A DNA stretch of 41,593 bases from Pseudomonas phage LKA1: the sequence record AM265639.1. One strand, written 5' to 3'. The position numbers and the translations under genes were made by a program. This document shows, in pieces, positions 1-7,428 of this stretch. Under the pieces are notes generated by a model. It saw nothing but the letters and a program-made list of their open reading frames with translations. It was not told the origin of the DNA and ran no database searches. Positions within the stretch are counted from its first letter, which is position 1. The number at the start of each line of letters is the position of its first letter.

Positions 1-298
1 TCCCACTACCGTGAAGGCCCGCGCGCCCCCATGCCCCTGCGTGCGCGTTTCTTCGCGTGCCTGCGCGGGGTACAGCTCGCGTGCGCTGTGCGTGCGTAGT
101 TGCCTCGCGGGTACGCACCTGCGTCGAGAGGTTCGGGTGCACGGCGCGTGGAGAGGTTCTAGCGCGGTTCTACCTTCTGCGGCCTAGTAACCTGGTAGGC
201 GGCCCGGTGGTTCCCTGGTGCGTTCCCTCCTCCCTTCCCTGGTACGGGTTCGGTTCCCTGGTGCGCCCTGGTGACTCTCCTCCTCCCTGGGGCTGCCT
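1..298. repeat. Left direct terminal repeat (DTR), 298 bp
   Basis: Bases 1-298 (tcccactaccgtgaaggcc ... ggggctgcct) are identical to 41296-41593 at the other end of the window. This is what a T7-like terminally redundant linear genome looks like. Confidence 0.95.
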
Positions 299-462
299 TG
301 CCTCTTTTGCCCTGCCCTGCCCTGGTGCGTTACCTGGTCACTGCCATGGCTTCCCTGGTAGCACCTGGCTCGCTTCACTGGTTTCCGTCTTCGCCGGCGG
401 CCTCCTGTTCCGGCCGGCCTTCGAGCGCTCAGTCTGGCCCCGCCGCCTTCGCTTCTCTCATG

Positions 463-476
463 CTAGTGCGACAATT
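463..476 (-). promoter_or_regulatory. T7-promoter-like motif, copy A (leftward); 27-bp identity with copy B
   Basis: The reverse complement of 455-484 reads aaaagaattgtcgcactagcatgagag. The first 25 nt are identical to copy B (17841-17865). The core AATTGTCGCACTAG resembles T7-group promoters (GACTCACTATA). Confidence 0.45.
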
Positions 477-518
477 CTTTTGAATATAAGTACCACTAGG
501 TTATATAACGAATTGGTA

Positions 519-547
519 TTGACGGGGCTTCAGCAGGTCTGTAGAGT
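519..547 (+). promoter_or_regulatory. Sigma70-type promoter TTGACG-N17-TAGAGT, with an AT-rich upstream stretch (478-518)
   Basis: The hexamers and a 17-nt spacer were read directly. It is the first of three early host-type promoters in the left non-coding kb, as expected for phiKMV/T7-like early transcription. Confidence 0.5.
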
Positions 548-691
548 TCGCAGCCATGGTTAGGCCATAAGCAATACGGACTAGCCAACGCAAGGCAAGG
601 TAGTGGTTCTGGTCTAGGGATCAGGTGAGGCGGGCAACGGTACACGCCAACCACTACTGGTCAAGCAAGGCACGGCGAAGGCTAGCCAAGC

Positions 692-719
692 TTGACAAGC
701 CAAGCGGATGCTGTAAGAT
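692..719 (+). promoter_or_regulatory. Sigma70-type promoter TTGACA-N16-TAAGAT
   Basis: Consensus -35 hexamer, 16-nt spacer, good -10. Read directly. Confidence 0.6.
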
Positions 720-951
720 GCGAGTCGTAACTCAAGGTAGCCGCTGCGAACTGGGCTCAGGCTGATGGTTAGCATGCTAGACTGTAATCCCTAGGGTCTA
801 AGGGTTCCGCCGGTCCTAGACGGTGGTCACGTAAAGCCGCTGGTTGATGATTCCAGCAATTGCTAGGCACTGGTCGCGATGGTAAGGCGACAGGCGGCAC
901 GGTCCGGCGAGAGACCGATGGTCGCCAGCTTCACCGCTCTTTAACAAGTCG

Positions 952-1176
952 AGTCTGCTGTGGTAGCCCACTTAACCGGAGTTACCACTATGCGCAACGA
1001 ACGCCAAGCTAACATCGCCCTTGCCAAGCAAGTCGAAAGCAAGTACGATAAAGCCCAACGTATCATGCAAACGCCGCAGCCTTTTGCCTTTCGTCTGGCA
1101 GCGTTGAACGCCAGCGACAGCAATCCGGGTAAGGTATGGTAAACCCGCCTCCCTCGGGAGGCTACCACAGCAGACT
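952..1176. repeat. 17-bp perfect inverted repeat (952-968 and 1160-1176) bracketing the first small ORF
   Basis: agtctgctgtggtagcc and ggctaccacagcagact are exact reverse complements, 191 nt apart. Confidence 0.7.
990..1142 (+). CDS. First early ORF, 50 aa, hypothetical
   Basis: ATG at 990 with GGAG 10 nt upstream, TAA at 1140-1142. It lies between a 17-bp inverted repeat (952-968 / 1160-1176) and is followed by a GCCTCC/GGAGGC hairpin at 1147-1162. It is short, so protein coding is uncertain. Confidence 0.3.
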   Translation: MRNERQANIALAKQVESKYDKAQRIMQTPQPFAFRLAALNASDSNPGKVW

Positions 1177-1204
1177 TGACAAGCGAACGCCCAGTCTGTA
1201 CGAT
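1176..1204 (+). promoter_or_regulatory. Sigma70-type promoter TTGACA-N17-TACGAT
   Basis: Consensus -35 hexamer, 17-nt spacer, -10 TACGAT. It shares cTTGACAAGC with the promoter at 692. Confidence 0.55.
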
Positions 1205-1570
1205 GGGCACCAAGCAAGACGCAAACTGTGACGCGCAGTCAGGTGCCGGGCACCTGCCAACGTATCAGCAGCCTGCTGGTGACGGTCTTCGACTGAATCC
1301 AGAGCACAGGTACACTGAGCGAGGAATAACCTGAGCCGATGACGCATACCGGAGTAGCGTTCGACCGATGGGAGTAGTCCATCCGCACCGCCGGGATTAG
1401 TGGCCAATGCCATGAAGCCGGAAAGCGATAGAACGGCGTGAGTACCCTTACGTTATGGGCGAACCTTGGACACGGCAGGCTGATCCTGCACTGGGCCAAG
1501 GCAGTCCGGGAGTAATGCTCTCCCGCTGATGATGGGCAAGCATGCCCGAAACTGAATAGGAGGCGCAGCC

Positions 1571-1843
1571 ATGCAAGTGAACAATCCCGCTGTAGATCGC
1601 AAGCTGCGCCGCAAGGCGAACCGCCAGCAGCGCCGAACCGCTGCACTCCCGCTTGACCTAGGCGCGATGCAGAAGCGAGCCGAGCACGACGTGCGCTTGC
1701 GCTGCAAGCTCAGCCATGACGCTATCCATGCCGACACGATGAATGAGCGGGCCGCTGCCGCGAAGGCTAAGCGCAAGCTCAACGACGTGTGGACTAATCG
1801 TAACAGCCGGAACCTGACCGGCTTCTGGAATCCGCAAGCATGA
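1571..1843 (+). CDS. Hypothetical early protein, 90 aa, basic
   Basis: Strong RBS AGGAGG before ATG 1571. Arg/Lys-rich product. Overlaps the next gene by ATGA. Confidence 0.55.
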   Translation: MQVNNPAVDRKLRRKANRQQRRTAALPLDLGAMQKRAEHDVRLRCKLSHDAIHADTMNERAAAAKAKRKLNDVWTNRNSRNLTGFWNPQA

Positions 1844-2025
1844 TAGCCAACTGTCTGAGCCAGCACCCTTGCAGCGCCGAGGTTCGCCATGGTGCTTTGA
1901 CGCCGTGCCGCGCCTACGAGCTATACAAGGCTAGGCGCCGCGCCTACCACTTCTCGATAACGCCATTCATCAACTGGTTGATGTGGCGTTTCCACTACAA
2001 AACCGTGCGCCCTGCGGCGCAGTAG
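1840..2025 (+). CDS. Hypothetical early protein, 61 aa
   Basis: ATGA start/stop coupling with the upstream gene. Cys-rich small product. Confidence 0.4.
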   Translation: MIANCLSQHPCSAEVRHGALTPCRAYELYKARRRAYHFSITPFINWLMWRFHYKTVRPAAQ

Positions 2026-2035
2026 GAGACCCACC

Positions 2036-2515
2036 ATGCGTACTCAAAAGCAAATCCTGACCGCCATACAGCACGTTGCTATCACTGGCAAGTGCCTTGA
2101 CGAATCCGTGCAATCTATCGGCTTGGATATCCTCCAGCACGTTGATGCTCACGGGGAAGTAAGTCTGGCGTGCAAACTCCTGAAGGCGCTGCCCAAGGGC
2201 GCCCGTGGCAAGGCATTGGCCGATTGGTTCCAGACCTACGGCAAGATCACCGTGAACACTGACAAGGCCACCGCCAAGCAATTCCCGCTGGTATTCAACA
2301 AGGACGGCAGCACCGACCTAGAAGGCGCAGCCGCCAAGCAATGGTACAAGTGCAAGCCCGACCGCCCGCTGGCCGTCGAGTTTGATTTCGCCTCTCAATT
2401 GGCGTCACTGCTGAAGCGTGCCGCCGAAGCCGAAGCTAAGGGCTTGGCCGTCAAGGGTGCCGACGCCTTGGAGAAGTGCAAGGGGTTGGTGTGCTATGTC
2501 ACCAGTCCGGAATAA
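2036..2515 (+). CDS. Hypothetical early protein, 159 aa
   Basis: RBS GGAGAC before ATG 2036. Long ORF with GC-rich third codon positions. Confidence 0.6.
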   Translation: MRTQKQILTAIQHVAITGKCLDESVQSIGLDILQHVDAHGEVSLACKLLKALPKGARGKALADWFQTYGKITVNTDKATAKQFPLVFNKDGSTDLEGAAAKQWYKCKPDRPLAVEFDFASQLASLLKRAAEAEAKGLAVKGADALEKCKGLVCYVTSPE

Positions 2516-2678
2516 TGGCGACGTAGCCAGAACCTTCGGAGAATTAGCGATAGGCGCAGTGTTCACCGTGAACCAGCACAAGATGCGCAAGCGCTCCAGC
2601 CGCACCGCTGATAGTTTTTTGGTGGGCCGTTGGTTCTACGTAGGCCTAGGCGAGCCAGTGCAGCTATGCAAGTACTAG
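2496..2678 (+). CDS. Possible small overlapping ORF, 60 aa
   Basis: ATG 2496 preceded by AAGGGG. Overlaps the 3' end of 2036..2515 in another frame. Weak support. Confidence 0.25.
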   Translation: MSPVRNNGDVARTFGELAIGAVFTVNQHKMRKRSSRTADSFLVGRWFYVGLGEPVQLCKY

Positions 2679-2767
2679 TCGTAATCTGGTTCCTCCAGCT
2701 CAGCGCCCGGTAGCGGCGCTCGCTGAGGATCACTACCTACCACCGGGCCGAGGACAGCCGCGTGCCG

Positions 2768-2781
2768 GCTGCACTCGCGGC
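2768..2781 (+). promoter_or_regulatory. Conserved hairpin element GCTGCACTCGCGGC, copy 1
   Basis: Lies in a 120-nt intergenic gap, 27 nt before the RBS and ATG at 2808. Followed by CGAAAACC. Confidence 0.4.
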
Positions 2782-2807
2782 TCGAAAACCGTGAAGACGA
2801 GGTGAGT

Positions 2808-2984
2808 ATGCGTACTGTAATCGAGAACATCCGGACCGGCGCCCGCTGGTCTACCGTAAACGGTGACGTGTGGCGCAAGGACTGGAACGGCACCGGAGAC
2901 AACTACGTCCAAGCTGGCGCAGTCTGCCCACGATTCAATCCCTTCAGCAAACGTAATGCGGGCAAGTTCCGCAAGGTGGCCTAG
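2808..2984 (+). CDS. Hypothetical early protein, 58 aa
   Basis: ATG 2808 preceded by GAGGTGAG. It is downstream of the conserved CTGCACTCGCGGC hairpin element at 2768-2781. Confidence 0.45.
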   Translation: MRTVIENIRTGARWSTVNGDVWRKDWNGTGDNYVQAGAVCPRFNPFSKRNAGKFRKVA

Positions 2985-2985
2985 T

Positions 2986-3306
2986 ATGCACAACGTCCAA
3001 GAAATCTTCCGCACCGTCATCGATCACAAGCACTACGCCGTCAGCACCGAGCGGTCTGAGTTCATGTGTTGTGCATTGTGCTTCGCTCTGATGGCACACG
3101 ATATCAGCCCCGACGAGTTCTGCGCGGCGAGGCGTGCCGTTGATGAGTACCTTGATGAGTTGGGTGCCCCGCAGGGTGGTCTGATGTACCACGCCTTGCA
3201 ACGTATCGGCGCTTGTCCTGAGGATATGAGCGCTTCCGTGTGGGCGCCCGAGGACGGTAAAGCGTTCTACTACAACTGGGACGAGCGCCCACGAAGGGGG
3301 AAATAG
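2986..3306 (+). CDS. Hypothetical early protein, 106 aa; tandem paralog A
   Basis: ATG 2986 immediately after the TAG of the upstream gene. The product (MHNVQEIFRTVIDHKHYAVSTERSEFMCCALCFALMAHDISPDE...) aligns along its length with the next ORF. Confidence 0.6.
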   Translation: MHNVQEIFRTVIDHKHYAVSTERSEFMCCALCFALMAHDISPDEFCAARRAVDEYLDELGAPQGGLMYHALQRIGACPEDMSASVWAPEDGKAFYYNWDERPRRGK

Positions 3307-3307
3307 C

Positions 3308-3616
3308 ATGTCCGTAGACGTTCAAGAAGTGTTCAACAAAGTCATCGACGCCGGCCTGTACTGGGCGGGCGAGGACTGCGAGCAGTTCATGTGCCACGCC
3401 CTATGGCGTGCACTCACCCTGCACATCATCAGCCACGACGAGCGCACGGCTGCCGGGGAAGCTATTCGGGAGTACGTGCATAGCATCGACCCCTTGGCGC
3501 ACGCTCTCGTTGGGGCGCTGGGCAGGAAGCTGCGGCACGCCCTGACCACGCCCGCCATGCGGGAAGGCAACCTCACAGAACTGTACCGGGACTGGGCGAA
3601 CCGCCCGATGCCGTAA
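3308..3616 (+). CDS. Hypothetical early protein, 102 aa; tandem paralog B
   Basis: MSVDVQEVFNKVIDAGLYWAGEDCEQFMCHALWRALTLHIISHDE... is clearly homologous to 2986..3306, with shared VQE(I/V)F, FMC.AL and ISxDE segments. It starts 2 nt after the paralog's stop. Confidence 0.6.
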   Translation: MSVDVQEVFNKVIDAGLYWAGEDCEQFMCHALWRALTLHIISHDERTAAGEAIREYVHSIDPLAHALVGALGRKLRHALTTPAMREGNLTELYRDWANRPMP

Positions 3617-3632
3617 CCGCTGCACTCGCAGC
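3611..3632 (+). promoter_or_regulatory. Conserved element CCGTAACCGCTGCACTCGCAGC, copy 2
   Basis: Perfect GCTGC-actc-GCAGC hairpin. Sits in the 45-nt gap before ATG 3662. Followed by CCGAAACC. Confidence 0.45.
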
Positions 3633-3661
3633 CCGAAACCCATCTCGATTAGGAGAGACCA

Positions 3662-4228
3662 ATGAACCAGCACCTTGCACGCATTCTCGTACATGGCTAC
3701 AAGGCCATGATCAAGCGCTACTTGGGTATGCCGAGCTTCAAGGGCGTCCGCATATTCACCGTAGATAAGCAATCCGACGCACCTCAGACACTGCACGCCC
3801 TGCGGGAGTACGTCAAGGAGCACCGTAGGCTCGTCGTGGCACTGGAGCACGGCGAGACCAGCATCTACGGCGATGCCAAGGCGAACGCTTGGTTCCGCGC
3901 CTTCCACGACTTGGGGCACCTCGTTTACAACCGAGAGATGACCTACGAGGAGGAGGTGTCGCTGGCCATGACCCAGTGGGGCGACCTAGTGCCCATCTTC
4001 CAAGAGATGGGCGCCACCCTGAACCTGATCCAAGACCTGTACCGTCTGTACCTGTTCGACACTGTTGGTCAGAGCCGGTACTGCTTGCTGACCGGGCGGT
4101 TCCCGAACGACCAGGTGGCTTTTGCCGAAACCCTGCACGCCGTACTGGACTGGGAAGTGGACGGTGCCGACGTGGTGCGTGGCGTGGATATGCTTGTGAA
4201 GAACGACCTGTTCCCGGAGTCGGTATGA
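3662..4228 (+). CDS. Hypothetical early protein, 188 aa
   Basis: RBS AGGAGAG before ATG 3662, downstream of conserved element copy 2. Contains an FHDLGH segment. No family assigned. Confidence 0.6.
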   Translation: MNQHLARILVHGYKAMIKRYLGMPSFKGVRIFTVDKQSDAPQTLHALREYVKEHRRLVVALEHGETSIYGDAKANAWFRAFHDLGHLVYNREMTYEEEVSLAMTQWGDLVPIFQEMGATLNLIQDLYRLYLFDTVGQSRYCLLTGRFPNDQVAFAETLHAVLDWEVDGADVVRGVDMLVKNDLFPESV

Positions 4229-4419
4229 TCTATCTGTACCTGTTCTCGCTACTGTGGAGCCTCTCCGCATGGGCGCTCATCAGCTTCCGCACCGATGAGA
4301 AGCTACTGTGGAACCTCATCGACAGCGCTGTATTTGCCGGTGTACTCACCACGATGCTCGCCGAGTATCAGTGGTGGGTTGGACTAGGGCGCAACATCCT
4401 GGAGTACATCAATGCGTAA
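4225..4419 (+). CDS. Small membrane protein, 64 aa
   Basis: ATGA overlap with the upstream stop. The product has two hydrophobic stretches (IYLYLFSLLWSLSAWALISF and AVFAGVLTTMLA). Confidence 0.45.
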   Translation: MIYLYLFSLLWSLSAWALISFRTDEKLLWNLIDSAVFAGVLTTMLAEYQWWVGLGRNILEYINA

Positions 4420-4696
4420 AGCAAAGTACAGCGTAGGCCAGCGCCTACGCACCGTGCGCGGCCCCGGTGGCGCACTCAATCCCGAACCCCGCTTCCTCGG
4501 GCACGTCGGTACAATCGTGAAGGTGCAGGAGTTCAAGACCTGCCAGCCGGTGTACGTGCTGGACTTCGAGGCACTGGGCGCGGATACCGTTGAGGAAGTA
4601 TGTCTGGAGGAACCCAGCCATGTACCGTCTCGCTCTCCCGTTCCTGGCGTTATCGTTCGCAATGCCGGGGTGCAGCACGCCGTCCACGGCACCTAA
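4412..4696 (+). CDS. Hypothetical protein, 94 aa
   Basis: ATG 4412 overlaps the upstream stop region. The last ~25 codons overlap the next ORF's signal peptide and look less protein-like. Confidence 0.4.
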   Translation: MRKAKYSVGQRLRTVRGPGGALNPEPRFLGHVGTIVKVQEFKTCQPVYVLDFEALGADTVEEVCLEEPSHVPSRSPVPGVIVRNAGVQHAVHGT

Positions 4697-4853
4697 CAAT
4701 CCCGGACAGCACTACTCGCGGCACGTCAACGAGGCGTTGCGGGTGTGCAACTCCGCTACCCTCGGCGCTATCACAGCCGGCATTATAAGCACGCCGCAGG
4801 AGGCCGAGCGCTTCCAGTGGCAGTGCCTTTCCGATAACAAAGCAACCCTGTAA
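4620..4853 (+). CDS. Putative secreted or lipoprotein-like small protein, 77 aa
   Basis: N-terminus MYRLALPFLALSFAMPGCSTPS is a hydrophobic signal with a Cys in lipobox-like position (imperfect, Pro at -2). Overlaps 4412..4696 by 77 nt. Confidence 0.4.
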   Translation: MYRLALPFLALSFAMPGCSTPSTAPNNPGQHYSRHVNEALRVCNSATLGAITAGIISTPQEAERFQWQCLSDNKATL

Positions 4854-4862
4854 GGAGTCGTT

Positions 4863-5168
4863 ATGTACCTACCACCTAAGACAGTCACCCGCCTGGAGCG
4901 GGAGGCGCCCGCCTACGTCTCGTTGCTCCTATCGGTGACGCAGGCGTACCACCTGTGCAAGCTCATGCACGATGCCGTGTCGGGCAGGGCACTGGATGAG
5001 ACCGGGCTGCGTGCAGTTTACGAAGCCCTCCTATCCGACTTGGGGCAGGCAGATATATGTGTGGGCTATCACCGCATATTCGACCACCGTGGACAGGCCG
5101 TGCGCTATATTGGCGCGCCAGACCTTAGCACCATAAAGCGCCTGGAGGAACTCGATGCACAAGCATGA
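4863..5168 (+). CDS. Hypothetical protein, 101 aa
   Basis: RBS AAGGAG before ATG 4863. Confidence 0.55.
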   Translation: MYLPPKTVTRLEREAPAYVSLLLSVTQAYHLCKLMHDAVSGRALDETGLRAVYEALLSDLGQADICVGYHRIFDHRGQAVRYIGAPDLSTIKRLEELDAQA

Positions 5169-5412
5169 AGGTATTGTGGTCGTGGCTTACAAGCCCGGCC
5201 AACCCCGTAGCGAGGTGGTCGCTGCCCTGGAACTTGCCGGCCTCGGCGATGACTTCACCGCCGACGTGCGCTTCAAGCGCCCCGGCAGTGAGGAAGGTGT
5301 GGCCGCCAAGGTGAACCTGTACCACGAGGCCGAGGCACTGGTGCAAGAACTGGAGGATGCCGGTATCAACGGCTGTATCTGCCAAGGTGGACACGGCTGG
5401 GAGGTCGTATGA
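5155..5412 (+). CDS. Hypothetical protein, 85 aa
   Basis: ATG 5155 overlaps the end of the upstream gene. Acidic product. Confidence 0.5.
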   Translation: MHKHEGIVVVAYKPGQPRSEVVAALELAGLGDDFTADVRFKRPGSEEGVAAKVNLYHEAEALVQELEDAGINGCICQGGHGWEVV

Positions 5413-5792
5413 CACTGAGAACTTACAAGGGCAACCCGGTGCCAGCTTGGGCGGAGTATGTGGTGGTCGGGCCGTTTAGTGATGAACTGTACTGGGCGAA
5501 TGATCACCGCCGCGCGAGCGAGTGTATCGCGGTCAGAGACAACCGGCACGTCCGCGAGGGCTGGCGCCGTGAGGAGCTGGACCCGCTTCCCGTCGAGGAA
5601 GTGTGGGTTGTGAGTGGCCAAGCGCTGGACTGCCGCACCAGTAACCGCTACAGGACTGAGGCAGAAGCCGCCGAACTCGCGTTTAAATTGGCCTGTATAT
5701 ACAAGGACGTGCCGTTCTACGTGGCCCGCGTCACCCAGAAGATCACCCAACCCAAGCCGGTCCTACCGGAACCTATCGTGGAGAAACTGTAA
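5409..5792 (+). CDS. Hypothetical protein, 127 aa
   Basis: ATGA coupling at both ends. Confidence 0.55.
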   Translation: MTLRTYKGNPVPAWAEYVVVGPFSDELYWANDHRRASECIAVRDNRHVREGWRREELDPLPVEEVWVVSGQALDCRTSNRYRTEAEAAELAFKLACIYKDVPFYVARVTQKITQPKPVLPEPIVEKL

Positions 5793-6055
5793 TGATCGCG
5801 TCCGCCAAACACACTGAAGTTATCGTCACTGATGACGCACCGGGCTGCCCTATCCCAGGCCGCACTCGATCCATCACCGCTGCATGTGGTCTCCGAGACC
5901 ACAGCAACACCGTCAGTATCTCTGTGGACAAAGTAGACGGCGATGTGAGTATCGCTATCTATGAGGACGACGACATGTACGACGGCCCTTGCCTGACCAA
6001 GGAAACCGCTCTGGCGCTGTGCGCCGCCCTCAAGTCTGAACTGGAGAAACTGTAA
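5792..6055 (+). CDS. Hypothetical protein, 87 aa
   Basis: TAATG coupling at both ends. The same 16-mer TGGAGAAACTGTAATG forms the junction at 5779-5794 and at 6042-6057. Confidence 0.5.
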   Translation: MIASAKHTEVIVTDDAPGCPIPGRTRSITAACGLRDHSNTVSISVDKVDGDVSIAIYEDDDMYDGPCLTKETALALCAALKSELEKL

Positions 6056-6234
6056 TGGCTAAAGCATGGCGTAAGATCAGCGGCGAGAACAAACGCATCC
6101 GCCGCCTCGGTATCATGGCCGACCGAGCATTCCGTGTGAACCCCGGTGTCAGCGCCCGCATGGCCTGGCTGCTGCGCAGCACTGGTGTGGTGCCGGCGCA
6201 TGACTACTCCCTGAAGACCAAGGAGGCCGTATGA
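6055..6234 (+). CDS. Hypothetical protein, 59 aa
   Basis: I translated this by hand; it is not in the track, being just under 60 aa. ATG 6055 overlaps the upstream TAA, and TGA 6232-6234 overlaps the ATG at 6231. Confidence 0.4.
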   Translation: MAKAWRKISGENKRIRRLGIMADRAFRVNPGVSARMAWLLRSTGVVPAHDYSLKTKEAV

Positions 6235-6434
6235 GTGGCAAGAGCTACACTGTAGAGCTGGTGAACGGTCGCGTGTTCCAGCACAGTAATATCGACGTGG
6301 TGCACAGCGACCGACACGGGCAGTTGAAGCTCATGCGGGAAGCTGAAAGCGGTCACAAGGCCGACCGAGAACTGGCCGCTGCCTACCAGATGGGCATGGT
6401 CCTGGCGTTTCAGGAGGTGCCCGTGGAGAGCTAG
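6231..6434 (+). CDS. Hypothetical protein, 67 aa
   Basis: RBS AAGGAGG before ATG 6231. Confidence 0.5.
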   Translation: MSGKSYTVELVNGRVFQHSNIDVVHSDRHGQLKLMREAESGHKADRELAAAYQMGMVLAFQEVPVES

Positions 6435-6520
6435 CAGATACCCGATTCCGCATAGAGTACCCCTAAAGATCGGGCATCTTCGCCGCCTAGCCCACGGCAC
6501 TACCGTACAGGAGCAACATC

Positions 6521-6874
6521 ATGACCGACCGTATCCAGAAACTGAACGACCAGATCGCTACCCTCGAAGCCAAGGCCGCCGAGCTGATTGCTAAGGCCAA
6601 TACCCTCCGCGAGGAGCTGGTATCCCTGGAGCGCATCCAGAGCATCGCCGAGCGTGACGCCGTGACCTTCGAGATTGGCCGCAAGGACGACAAGCAGCTC
6701 GTCACCGGCGTGGTGCTGGGCGTGGCCGACACCGACGCCGGCAAGCAGATTCGCGTCTTCGTCGAGGCCGGCTTCAACAGCACTACGTACACTCTCAAGG
6801 CCAGTCAAATCGTGGACGTACTGCGTCCGCAGACTGCCGAGGCTACTGAGGTCGCTGAGCAGCCTGCCGAGTAA
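6521..6874 (+). CDS. Hypothetical protein, 117 aa, coiled-coil N-terminus
   Basis: RBS CAGGAG before ATG 6521. N-terminus IQKLNDQIATLEAKAAELIAKANTLREELVSLE has a heptad-like pattern. Confidence 0.6.
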   Translation: MTDRIQKLNDQIATLEAKAAELIAKANTLREELVSLERIQSIAERDAVTFEIGRKDDKQLVTGVVLGVADTDAGKQIRVFVEAGFNSTTYTLKASQIVDVLRPQTAEATEVAEQPAE

Positions 6875-6892
6875 CATCGGGTCTCAGTGCAA

Positions 6893-6920
6893 GGGGCTGG
6901 CCGCATAACCGGCCCCTTCT
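6893..6920 (+). terminator. Candidate intrinsic terminator or RNA hairpin
   Basis: GGGGCTGG-ccgcataa-CCGGCCCC stem-loop followed by TTCT. The U-run is weak. It sits in the 105-nt gap before conserved element copy 3. Confidence 0.3.
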
Positions 6921-6928
6921 GCGGATAC

Positions 6929-6950
6929 CCGTAACCGCTGCACTCGCAGC
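6929..6950 (+). promoter_or_regulatory. Conserved element CCGTAACCGCTGCACTCGCAGC, copy 3
   Basis: 22-nt identity with copy 2. Lies in the 105-nt gap before ATG 6979, after the candidate hairpin at 6893-6920. Confidence 0.45.
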
Positions 6951-6978
6951 TCAATTTCTGTAACGACGAGGTGAGACC

Positions 6979-7428
6979 ATGAAAGCTACTAAGAACCTGA
7001 ACGGCGCTGCTCGCGTGGCTGTGCAAGCTAAGCTGGACGCGGCTGACAAGGAGCTGCGCAAGGCCCGTGACCTGGTGCAACAGCGCACCGAGGAGCTGGG
7101 GCGGGTGCGCGAGACTGTGCGCCGGTACCCCGGGGAGAACGAGGACTTGCGCAATCAGCTTGCCCAGGCAAACCACCAGATCAAGTGGCTCGGTGGGAGC
7201 TGCCGTAAGCACCTCGACACCATCCAGGCCCTGGAGGCCAAGCAAGTGGACCACGACGAGTTCGTGGAGAAGATGGAACTGGAACTCGACATTGCCGAGG
7301 AGCAGATTCAGTACCACAAGGAGCGAATCACTACGGTGAAGTGGATAGCCTACGCCCTGTGCGGTGCGGTCGTAGGATTGGCCTGGAAGCTCTCCCAGCA
7401 CATCGGTTGGTTCGGGGGTGTGCTGTGA
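6979..7428 (+). CDS. Membrane-anchored coiled-coil protein, 149 aa
   Basis: RBS GAGGTGAG before ATG 6979. Long heptad-like region and a C-terminal hydrophobic segment WIAYALCGAVVGLAWKL. Confidence 0.55.
   Translation: MKATKNLNGAARVAVQAKLDAADKELRKARDLVQQRTEELGRVRETVRRYPGENEDLRNQLAQANHQIKWLGGSCRKHLDTIQALEAKQVDHDEFVEKMELELDIAEEQIQYHKERITTVKWIAYALCGAVVGLAWKLSQHIGWFGGVL

Noticed and set aside
57-563. 168-aa + strand ORF covering most of the left terminal repeat
   Set aside because: It lies inside the DTR and non-coding left end. It is an Arg/Cys/Gly-rich GC-frame artefact with no RBS, and the same sequence at the right end is not read as a gene.
2699-2720. AGCGCC-cggtagc-GGCGCT hairpin after the gene ending at 2678
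   Set aside because: No downstream T-run, so not called as a terminator. Mentioned only as context for element copy 1.
3889-4419. 176-aa ORF in the track overlapping 3662..4228
   Set aside because: Its first ~110 codons are an Arg/Pro-rich alternative frame of the preceding gene. Only the 3' 64 codons (4225..4419, a membrane peptide with its own ATG) were kept.
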